A DNA stretch of 64,000 bases from Entomortierella parvispora E1425. Its lineage: Eukaryota; Fungi; Mortierellomycota. This document shows positions 38,157 through 48,877 of this stretch, piece by piece (the first letter of the stretch is position 1; every line of letters starts with the position of its first letter). The stretch is from the NCBI GenBank assembly GCA_020891255.1, contig BQFW01000008.1, positions 1,736,001-1,800,000 on the forward strand, in the 5' to 3' direction. A model generated the notes under the pieces. The model was not told the DNA's origin. It searched no databases and was given only the letters and a program-made list of their open reading frames with translations. The position numbers and the translations under genes were made by a program.

Positions 38157-41100
38157 ATGGGCTCTTCCCTCTCGAAGTCAAAAAAGAAGAACCAGAACCG
38201 AAAGTCGGTTCCCTCAGCACCCCTGTCCTCACAGAAAAACCGGCATGCCCGACCCGCTTCCGAGCCCTCGACTGCCCAGAGCCCATCTCAATGGAATCAC
38301 CAACCCACAACTGCACGCCCACTGGCTGTGCAGGGAGAGGAAAGTGTTCACTACACTCCCATGAACAACTATGACCACAATGACCTTTACCAGGGCAAAG
38401 GCGGCGCAACGGCCAACGTTAGCTCCAGCAACAAGAAGAATCCCAGGAACAGTGGCGGTAACAACACACCACAGCACAGCAACGCGAACCAGCCTCGCAC
38501 CAGTACCTCCAACAGTCGACCCTCTTTCTCGTTGCTTCGTGGTCGAAAGAGCTCTCAGTACCCTCGCGATTCCGATGATGGCCACCAATACCAGCCCATC
38601 CTTCATATCAGTGCACCTATTATCGAGCCCATCATCACTACGGGAAGCAGCAATTACAGCCGGGATGTCACCTATGGATCGTTATCGACTGAGCAAGCAC
38701 CTCCTGCAAGAGTTTATAGATCGAGGCCAAGTCTCGATGCGAATAGATACCAGCAGCAGGTGAACGGCTACGTTGAGCCTCCAAGAGCTCCTGCAACAGG
38801 CGCCTACCGTGCTCCTGTACCAGCACTCCCTACCTCGACTCAAGCATCCTCCCTTTCGCCCCCTCCCCAAATATCCACCCCACCTTTACCATCTCTAGAG
38901 ACTTCTGCATTTCCCGCCCCACCCCAAAGCTACCCATACTCTCAAGAGCCACAACGTCTTTGGCGCGAGAGCCTTCGGAATGCAGCTGCTGTCGAGGGCC
39001 GGAAACCTGATACTGGTCTTGTTCGTTCCAACAGCAACGCCAGTTATACCAGCCACGGCAGTCAGTCTAGCGCTGCATCTTCACCCAGGGGCTACAGGAT
39101 GAATAAGCCTCTGTCCGCATCCACCTTTGGTACTTCAACCCTTTCATCCTCTTCCTCCAATGCCTCTCAATCGAGCTTTGGCATGAGTCGTCAGCGTTCG
39201 TTGAGAACCAACGCCATTCACCCCGAGAGTCCGCAATCTCGCCCCCGACACTTCCTTTCAGAGAGGACGGCTGACAATGCATCGATCATTTCATTGCCAG
39301 GCTCAAGGTTCAGAGAGGGCGGAGCTGGATATGACGACAACGTGGGCTCCGCAGAAGGGTCCATAGTGGGCTCTCCTCAACTGCATCATCACCATCATCA
39401 TCACCAGCAAAACCAATTTCCGTTCCCTTCTGGCGGAAGTAGTCCCAGTCTCTCTGGAGTCAACACACAAAACAATCGCCACGACAGTCAGTTCTCGAGT
39501 CCTCGTCAATCGATGGCGAGTTTGTCACCTTCTCAGGGGTGGTCGCATGTCGCTGCCATGCTCGGTCATCATGATCAGCTTGATGGTTCAACCTTTCCTG
39601 GGTCCATGTCGCCTGGAAGAACTCGCTTTGGCATCAAAACTGCATCATCTTCTGCACGCGAGTCCATCTCCTCGATTAGCACGGCCAACTACCAGTGGAT
39701 GGAGGAGCAGGGAGAGACTTCTGAGGCGCAGGATGCTCTTCACAGGGACTCTCTCTGGTCTCTCTTCAACTCGTCTTCAGCTTCTGATTTCAGTAACTCT
39801 ACCCCTTCCCGTACCAAGAACCTTTTGATCAGCCCCAGTCTTAGCCCCGAGCAATCAGCCTTGCAACGCCAGGAGCAACAGACACAACAGCATGCGCTCC
39901 TCAAATACTTCTTCAAGGGCAACTACCGCGCACCTGTGAACAAGGACGACCTTGGCTCTGTACTTGATGGTAAGTTTTTTGTTATGTAACATTGTTGTCA
40001 TTGTTGAATAGGGTCCCCTAGTTGGGTCATGACGACGCATTAACCTTGTTTCGCGTATGATGAAATGATAATCACGCCTGGTTCTAACTTATATTGCTGA
40101 ATCTCACTCCTTATTAGTCGGCTGCGGTACAGGAATGTGGATGAAGGACATGGCTCTTGAGTTCCCGTTGACAGAAATCCACGGAATCGATCTTGTTGTT
40201 CCAACACGTCGTCGTCGTCCCCGTGTAGCTGCACCTCTTCATTCTTCGTCTTCTCTGGGCAGGAGGGTGGACTCTCATGCCAGTGTTCAATCAGCAGGTT
40301 CCTCTGTCCGATCGTCAGATCCTTTCTTGAGCGGTTTACCAAGGGGCTCTGCTCGATCTGCCACCACCGGAGCTGCACCAGTGATGCTGGATTCTATGCC
40401 CAGCAACTGCTTCTTCCACAAAGGAGACATCACACAGGAGCTGCCATTTGGGGATAACACTTTTGACTATTGTCATGTCCGCTGGGTTCTCTGGGGTTAC
40501 CCTTTGAATGCCTTCCCTGAGCTCTTGACAGAATTAGTTCGCGTGACCAAGAAGGGAGGATGGATCGAGTTTGTGGATATGGATCCCTGTATCAAAAAGG
40601 CAAATGAGTCTGGATTGCGCATCAATGAATGGGTAAGAGGAGATGTGCTTTGATTTACTCCACGAGGCTTTGGCATCGATGTGGACAGCTCGAAACTGAC
40701 AGCGTTTTTAATGCCCAACTTGCTTATCCCCCACAGATCAAGACCGGATTAATCCACAGCAACATGGACCCTGATCTTGTCAAAACCTTACCTCGATTCC
40801 TAAAAGAGTTTTGTGATGCCACAATGGCCGCCACCGCACCTCGAGATCTCGTGCTGGATCCTAGTAACAAAAAAGAGTCCTTTATCCTGCCCTCTGCCCC
40901 CTATGGCCTTGATCATCTCAAGGTCTCCAAGATCTCGCTCCCCTTTGGCCCCTGGGGAGGTCAGGTCGGAGAGCTTTGGCAACAAAACTTTACCGCATTC
41001 TTGCGAGAGTTGGAGCCTATGATGATGGACGCTACTCTTTCTGGTCTCGTCATGGATCAATACCACCGTCAGTGTCAGCAGGAGTTGCAGCAGCTTTATG

Positions 41101-42566
41101 ATGCCTCTAACCAGCGGATGAGCTTTGACGGTAGCCTGGAGGGACAGCAGAGAATTTCCAACTTTGACCAGCGACTTTGCACACACAAGGCTTGGCACCA
41201 TTTGATCCAACAGCTGGTCAAGGACGCCAACCTCTCGTCAGACTCTGTTTCCTCTGGCGCATCCTCGTCCTCCTTCCCGACTCCATTCTCTCGTGGCCTG
41301 GGTCACCCGCCTATTCAGAACCCCACTCCGATGACATCCACATCCTCGATCAAGGAGATGCGGTCGTACAACAACGTTTACATCGCGTACGCTCAAAAGA
41401 TTGATTTGGAGGAGCTGAAGCAGCAACAGTTGTTCAAGCATCTGGAGGAGGAAGTGTTGAGTCCAAACCCCAACCATAGCGCTTCAGCAACTTTTGGCAC
41501 CATTGCCACTGCCGGTGCTGGGGCTATGGAAGGCGCGATGAGTATGGAGCAGGTCTTTGATAAGGCTGAACTCCACTCACCTACGGCATTTGAGGCCGAT
41601 AACAGACTTTCGATAAACGAGAACTTGAAATCAGAGGAGGCGGAAGCTGTCGCGTCTAGCGCTACCCCAGAGAGCATGGTCGATGAAGTCGAGGCAGCAC
41701 ACGAGCCAAAGACGACCACTGATTCCATTGAGCAAGATGAACACCCCATGGCCCAGTTTATTCAGCTTGAGGCCGAGTCTTCGGATGAGGAGGGTCAAGG
41801 CGAGGACACAATTGAGATCCTCAATCGAGTCTCATTGGATGACGTGCAACCAGCTTCTCAAGAACGTGCCAGCGAAAACGCTGAACGCGAGACAGAGGTC
41901 GAGGATCCTGCACTGCAAATGCTCAACGTGACAGACGACGGCGATGACAGCGATATCGAAAACGACGGTGATGATGACAAGGAGGAGGTCTTGCTCATGT
42001 TGGCTCCAGGGTCCCGATCCTCAACGGTTGAGATGGTGGAGCCAGAGCAAGAGTCGGCCCTGGAAGAAAAGCCTACCGTTATCATGATTGATGGTGATAC
42101 GGAGGAGGCCCCTGTTCCCGCCACGGAGGAGATCCCTGTTCCCGCCAAGGAGTCGCTCCCGGTCGAAGGATTAGCCTACGATAGCGAGACCAATGACAAT
42201 GCTCCCGTCATTGTGAAGGAGGCAGAGGAGCAAGGGGTCAGAGAGAACACAGTCAAGGGGGTTGTGGAGGAAGAAGCGAAAGAGACCCCAATTGCAAACA
42301 CTGCCGAGGAGGACCAAGTGGAAGAAGTTGCCGAGCCAGAGGACGAGGAGGAGGACGAGGAGGAGGACGAGGAGGACGAGAGTGAGGGAGAAGAGGACGA
42401 AAAGGAGACCGAGCCCGGGTCCAAGAAAGATTCTTTTGCCGTCGATAGCCAAGGAACACAGGAGGACGATACATCCAGGCCAAAGAGCGTGGATAGGACA
42501 TTGGCCGAGCTTCGCAAGCAAAAGGCGCTGAAGAAGAAGTCAAAGTCCAAGAAGTCTAAAAAATAA
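38157..42566 (+). CDS. Class I SAM-dependent methyltransferase (LaeA/Methyltransf_25-like) of about 1385 aa with disordered N-terminus and acidic C-terminus, 3 exons
   Basis: GNYRAP...VLD|VGCGTGMWMKDMALEFP..EIHGIDL (motif I), NCFFHKGDITQELPFGDNTFDYCH, ELVRVTKKGGWIEFVD; introns 39970-40117 and 40633-40736. Confidence 0.85.
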
Positions 42567-42857
42567 AAGTGACTGCCTTTCAGATTGTGTTTTTTTTTTT
42601 TTTTTTTTTGGTCCATCAATCAATCAATCAATCAATGGGACGAATGCAGGCAGACATGCATCAACTCTCGCAGGGCGGCCTTTGAAAAAAACATTCAATG
42701 CATTTGATTGCAATTGTTTTTTTTTTGGAGGGATTGTTTTCATTTTCTTGACCCTCGAGAGCTCTGTCTCATCATCCTTTTGCTCCTTCCTCTCCCTCCA
42801 TCCCTCCATCCCTCTTCCCGCCATTCATCCTCTTCATCCTTCTCGCTGCTTCATTCA

Positions 42858-45800
42858 ATGGATCATTCGGCACATCTGCAGCAGAACGGCAGGGCTGCAG
42901 GCGAGCAACACCAGCATCCGCTGGCACACCATCCTCATTCGCCGCACCCTCTGCAGCATCATCACCACCCGGTCCACCCCCATGCTCACTCACACCCTGT
43001 CCACCCACCCTCGGCATCATTCCATCATCATTCACACTCTCATCAGTCCCAGCACCAGCACCAGCACCACCAGCAGCACCAGCACCATAGCATGCATCAT
43101 CAACCGCATCCGCACCATCTCCGAGGACACCGGCACTCCACAGACTCTGCAGCAGCAGACACTCTGCTGATGCTTAGTGCCGCGGCCTTCATGGACCCTG
43201 CTGCAGCCCAGTCCGTCCTAGACCAACCTCAAGAGGACAAGCGTGGCCATCACTTTGGTCAAGGCCATCACCCTGCACACCAATCCAATCCACAAGCGCA
43301 CGGCCCTCGACGAGCCTCGCCCTCTCCTCCGCCGCTGCACCAAGGCCATGCCCGTCTGCCCATGGCCAAGACTGTCTCTGCACCTCCTCTGCAGTATCAT
43401 TCTTCCTCTTCCTCCTCGTCTGCATCGTCCCTTCCCCCCTTGCCCCGCTCTGCGAACCATCCCCTCAGAGAGCTTGGAGAGATCGAGTCGACAAGAGGAC
43501 ATCCCCTGTCCATCTCCATTCCCCACAGACAGCAGCACTCCAACGGTGCCAGCATGAGCAATCCACTCTCTGCTCACACAGTCTCTTCCCAGCCTGCCTC
43601 TCCCACAAGAGCCAGAGCTGTAGGATCTGCTGTGAGCATCTCTGCTGTCAATGCAAACAACTCGAGCTTGCCCATGGATCTGGACTCTCCCCACCCCAGC
43701 TCTAGTGCTCCAACCCCTGCAAAGGGCAATGGCATCAGCCAGGACGAGGACGAAGAGGAAGAGGAAGAGGACGAGGTCATGTCCGAAGGTGTTGTCCATG
43801 TGAACAAGACCCTGGCTCCCATTGCGTTGTCCCCTCAGAGCAAAGGTCCTCCAGCCAACTACTTCACCCATCCGCTCCCACCTTTGCCACAGTCCATCTC
43901 GACCCACAGTAACCATTGGTCGCAACAGCAACAGCAGCAACAAGACCAGCCAAAGACGCCAAGAACGCCCAAGCAACCTCGGACTCCAAAGACTCCGAAG
44001 ACCCCCCGACAGCCCAAGAAGAGCCAGAATGGACAGCGTGATTCCTCTGCAGACTTCTTCTATTCACCGTTCCCACTCTCCAGTTCGCCTGCCTCTTCAC
44101 CGTCGTCGCCGTCATCGTTCCATTCGCAGCTTCAGTTGCTCACTCATAACTTTGTGTCGATCCAACCTCATGCCTCGCCTACGAACCGATTCAGGAGGAC
44201 ACCTTCTGCCATCACCCCTGCCACGGCAACGCCCCCGTTCTCTCCACCAGCATCTCCGGGCGTCGAATTGATGCGAGAGACACCATTTTACCCAGGATCA
44301 TCTGCCAACACTTCACCGGTGAAAGATGGGTCTGCCAATCCTACGACCCCAACTTCGGCCGGTTTTCCACGGTCCTCCAGTGGAGCAACCACTCCTCAGA
44401 GGTCCCATTTCAAGCCCCGCTGGCACACTCAACCATACATGATGTTCCTGGCCTTGCGTGCCATGCCAGACCGGACGGCGGCCCGTCAGGAGTTAATCAT
44501 GGCCGCAGTGGAACTCGACAAGAAGTTTAGTGCAGAAAAGGGTCTCCCACGTGTCTTTACGGGCAAAGTAAGTTTCTCGGGCCTTAATGTCTCACACGAT
44601 CAAGAACAAAAAAGCTTGTTGGCTGACTGTTTTTTTTTATATGTCTGCCTTTCCCTCCATGTTAGACTCCGATGAATTCGGCCTCGGCCTGTTTGACCAA
44701 CAACGGTGACAAGTACTTTATTCCTTTCAAGCCAGAAGGTAGCAGGAGTACTCATTTCAGGCTCGCATATCAGCCTGGCAACTTTGACACCGCCGTCGGT
44801 GAATACAACGCGTGGATGGAGCAGCTTGTCCAACGGGATTGGCCTCTGTGCTTCGGAATCCCAAAGAGTCGTCAGCAGTCCGTGAAAGAAGATCCTGCTG
44901 GTGGACGTGATGGTGAATCAAATGATAAGAAGGAGGAAGGAAGACCAGAATTGCATCGCACACACTCATCTTTTGAGTCTAGAAAGCGCCTTCATGGTCA
45001 TACTGAGATGGAACAACACGAAGATGGCGATAATAGCAAAAAAGTCAAAGCCGAGATGGACATCAGCAAGGACGCTCCACAGCAGGACGAGTCTTTGGAA
45101 TCCACAGCTGCAGAAGACAGTAAGGTCACTGACAAGCTCCAGTTGCTCGATCTTCAAAAGAATGGATCCTGCCCTCCTACGCCGACAACAGGGGTGGCCC
45201 CATATCCCAATCCCGAAAGCGACCGGTTTGCATTTGCGTTGGATCTTGGTCGAGGAACAGGCTCTCAATCTTTTTCCTTGCAAGATCGTTTGCAGGATCT
45301 GGATTTGAGTCAAGTGCCCACTAAACTGGAGGATATTGTGCGCGTGGACACGTCCTCGATCCCCAATGCAGGCATGGGACTCTTTGCTGTCAAGGATCTG
45401 CCTGCAGGAACACCTTTGGGATTCTATTTTGGTGTGCCCATGACCGAAAATGAGTTTGACTCTCTCAAGGACGGCGTCGGTCAGGCTTCTCAGTACTCAA
45501 TCATGTACCGCCGGACGGTCTTGGATGCGACGGATGAGAGCGGTCAGCCTTATACAGATCCTTTGGGTCGTCTTTACTGCCCTTTTCATTTCATGAACGA
45601 AGATCCCAATGGCAGCGTCTCTTTCATCACTGGCAGTGTTGTGAACCAAGTCATTTGTACAACAAATCGCGATGTCAAGGCCAACGAGGAGCTGTTTGTG
45701 TTCTATGGAAAGGAGATGGACAGACATTGGGCTGCACAAGGTCAAGACGGTCTTGGGAATGACGGATCTGATTCCAGCAGGAAGAGCCGAGGTGGTTCAC

Positions 45801-45919
45801 GGTCCAGGGCATCCTCTCCATCAAGGAAACCATCCTCAACTGCTGCGGCGATGAGTGTTGATGATGCCGGACGGCCGAGGCGAGAGACTGCCTACAAACC
45901 TATTCGATATACTCGCTAG
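42858..45919 (+). CDS. Chromatin-type protein of about 987 aa: His-rich IDR, HARE-HTH-like winged helix, C-terminal SET domain; 2 exons (intron 44568-44665)
   Basis: SET motifs VDTSSIPNAGMGLFAVKDLPAGTPLGFYFG, FMNEDPN, TNRDVKANEELFVFYG; winged-helix-like block ...GK|TPMNSASACLTNNGDKYF...HFRL. Confidence 0.83.
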
Positions 45920-46083
45920 AGACGCTCTCCATCCTCCTCTCTCTCTCTCCTATCCCATTCCTGCCATGACTTGCCCTACCCTTTGTTTTATTATCATTTG
46001 ATCACTTTCTGGTCATGTTGTGTACTTTTAGAAACGTTTGTAATAAAAGCCTCTCATTTTTTTTCATAATTTATTTTGCAAAC

Positions 46084-47232
46084 CTATGGTTTGATCATTT
46101 GGGCAGCGACTCTGAAGTTCATCTTCAGTTTCCGTTTCTCAGTGTAAAGGGCCTGTACATCTCGTTGACGAGCCTCCATCATCTGAGTCAAAGCGGCGCT
46201 GGGATGAGACGAAGACTGTGCAGAAGGGGTGGCTGGTGTGGCTGGCGTTCCAAACGCTCCAGAGCCGGTCGAGGCTACTGCGGCAGCGGCGGCTGTGGCT
46301 GCAGAAGAAGGGGTCGAAACCATTCCAGAGCCGGGCAGCATTCCGTTGGCGTCGAACTGACCTGATGCGGCTGGGGTTGAAGACGACATGATAACATCTG
46401 AGCTTGGAAAGGGGGATGCAGGGTTCGCGACCGGTTGCGGTACAGGAGTAGGGATATTGTTGGTTGCGCTTGGGGTAGCGCCAGTGGTTCCAGTGGTGGC
46501 GGTGGTGTTGTTCAGTGCCGAAGCCGATGCAGCAGGCGTGCTAACAAGACTCAGGGGTACTGGCGACATCATCTGAACATCCATCCCGGTATTGTTATTG
46601 TTGGTTGAAGACGAAACATTGAGGTTGTTGTGAATATGGTTTTGCATCCTTGGTGAAAGAAACATTGGCTTGGGTGTTCCTGCCATGACGCTTGAAGAAG
46701 ATGCTGAGGGTGTTGAGACGACGGTGGGTGAGGTGGGTAGTAATGTCAAAGCTCCGAATCCTGTTGTCCTTGCTTGGGTTGTAAGGGTGTCGACATGAAT
46801 CAGTAACGAGGCAGTATCCGCTATTCGACATCAAGCAGGACATTAGTCAGGGCAGGAACAGTAATGCCTGTACTCAGCTCCAAAGGTACAAAAAACGTCG
46901 GCCAAGTTCATACCAATCGCTTCCTGTTGTGCGTAAGGGTGCTTGAAGGACTCTTCACTATTTAAAACAAAGACGCCCTCCTGATTAGGCATGATGTCCT
47001 TTCAAAGCTCATTCCATCCTTGTCCGCCAGTCCGCTCTTCCCATTCCGCCAGAGCTACGGATGCTTACATCTTTTGGAACATGACCAAGCCTTGTTGCTC
47101 CACAATACTCAGTTGATCAAGCAGTACATGGAGCGATGCCATGAGTTCCTTGTCATAAGGAACCTGGTTCTGCTGTGCTGATGGTCGGCTCTGAGGCCGT
47201 GGTGATTGAATGTTGTTGGCTGGTGATTGCAT
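46084..47232 (-). CDS. Uncharacterised 314-aa protein (two helical blocks flanking a Ser/Thr/Pro/Ala/Asn-rich linker), 3 exons (47232-47069, 46957-46914, 46820-46084)
   Basis: GT-AG introns with CTAAT/CTGAC-type branch points; exons total 945 nt in frame; the 737-nt last exon is open. Confidence 0.7.
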
Positions 47233-47429
47233 GTCTTTTTCCTGGGGTATGTTCGTGTCCTGTCCTTGTAGCTGCTACGCTGTTGACGCAAAGATGATGT
47301 CGTGGTCGAGATGCAAGATTGCGCGCGTTTTTGTGTCGCAGAGATTGAAATGAGGAAATTGGACGCCACCAAAAAAAAAAAAAAAAAAAAAAAAATCTAG
47401 CAATTTTATTACATGTAGTCCTTTGAGCT

Positions 47430-48686
47430 TTAAAGCTCCTTGGCCTCCAGAGACTCCTTCTCCTCGGTCTCCTCAGACTTTTCAGCCTCTCCCTCGACGA
47501 CAACATCCGCAAAGGTGACACCCTCGTGCATTCTCTTCAATTCCTCAGTCTCGACCAAAACCTCCTCCTTCTTCTCAGACTCGGCTTCCTCCACAGCAGA
47601 CTCCTCTGTGCTCTCTGAGGCAGCAGCAGCAGCAACCTCCGCAAAGGTCACACCCTCCTTGACCTCGGCAGTGTGTTCCTGGACCTCGGACTCTGAGACG
47701 ACCGAAAACGAAGTCGATTCCTGCAATGGGTGGCTCTTGGCAACATCGGCAAAGGAGACACCGTCCCGGACCAAATCGTGCTCAGCATGTCCGTTCGACT
47801 TTTCCTCGTGATGCTCAGCCTTGGAAGCAGCAGCAGCCTGAGCAAAAGAGACTCCCTCACGAACGAGATCGTCCTCTGCATGACTGTGAACATGTTCCTC
47901 AGCCTGAGCTTCAGCAGCGGCAGCTTCCTTCTTCTTTGCTTCTTCATCCTCCTGCTCCTTCTTCTTTCTCTCCTCCTCTTCCTCTGCGGCAGCCTCTGCG
48001 GCCTTGCGCTCATAGATCTCAACAGCTGTCACTCTGTCCTTGATGCTGTTCCCGATATGGTCCATCTGGGTCATGATCTTTTGAATCTTTGCAATATCGG
48101 CTCTCTTTCTCTTGCGAATCTTCTCGAAAGCTTGAACCTCGAATCCGTTGGCGGAGGGGAGACCGCCCTTTCCGTTCCCAAGATCCGTGATCTCTCTTGG
48201 CGAGATGGCATCCAGGGACTCTAAGAGTCGCAACAAACGTTCGTTGACAGAGTTGATCAGGAATTCGAGCTTCTTGTAGCCCTGACGAACCTTTTGAGGA
48301 TCCTGGGCCAATCCCAACATACGTTCGCGAACCAACTCGTCCGAGGTCTCTTGAATGTCGGCACCCAGGTTCTGCTGATCCTGTTCCTGAACCAGCCCCA
48401 AGGAAGGTAATTGGACATGGGGATCACCAGGGTAGATGGGATGTGTACGAAGGGTCTTTGTCCTGACCTGAGATAGTCGAATGTCGCCCTCCACCAACTC
48501 CTCAACCGACTTTTCGACCTGGGCGAGCTTCTTGCCCAAGGACTTTTGAAGGGCGCGGACCTGGCGTTGATGTTTGGCACGGCGGTCGTCCTGGATCAGC
48601 AAGTAGGCCAATGTGGAGACTGTGGTCAGGCCAATGACGGCCGAGGCAGTGAGGATCAGAGTCTTTTTGGCAGAAGCGGAGACCAT
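47430..48686 (-). CDS. Signal-anchored BAG-domain-like protein with an acidic repeat tail, single exon, 418 aa
   Basis: N-terminal hydrophobic helix (LILTASAVIGLTTVSTLAYLLI) followed by basic residues; BAG-like VNERLLRLLESLDAI...IRKRKRADIAKIQKIMTQMD; four xxEGV[ST]FAxV repeats. Confidence 0.78.
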   Translation of the reverse strand: MVSASAKKTLILTASAVIGLTTVSTLAYLLIQDDRRAKHQRQVRALQKSLGKKLAQVEKSVEELVEGDIRLSQVRTKTLRTHPIYPGDPHVQLPSLGLVQEQDQQNLGADIQETSDELVRERMLGLAQDPQKVRQGYKKLEFLINSVNERLLRLLESLDAISPREITDLGNGKGGLPSANGFEVQAFEKIRKRKRADIAKIQKIMTQMDHIGNSIKDRVTAVEIYERKAAEAAAEEEEERKKKEQEDEEAKKKEAAAAEAQAEEHVHSHAEDDLVREGVSFAQAAAASKAEHHEEKSNGHAEHDLVRDGVSFADVAKSHPLQESTSFSVVSESEVQEHTAEVKEGVTFAEVAAAAASESTEESAVEEAESEKKEEVLVETEELKRMHEGVTFADVVVEGEAEKSEETEEKESLEAKEL

Positions 48687-48877
48687 GTTGTTCTCTTTCG
48701 AGGTGGGTAAATGTGAGTAGCCAGGAATGGGAATGACTTCAAGGAAGGTTGATCTCGGGACTTGACTGCCGGGAGTCTGGGACTGTTTCCCTGCACGTGA
48801 TACACCTTGGACATGCAGGTCCGTGCGATAAAGATAATAGATACCGTTCTACAGTTTTTTTTTTGTTTTTTTCACGT

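Noticed and set aside
13287-48686. Two BAG-type genes and a prefoldin subunit in one window as a possible chaperone cluster
   Set aside because: They are dispersed over 35 kb among unrelated housekeeping genes, with no sign of clustering
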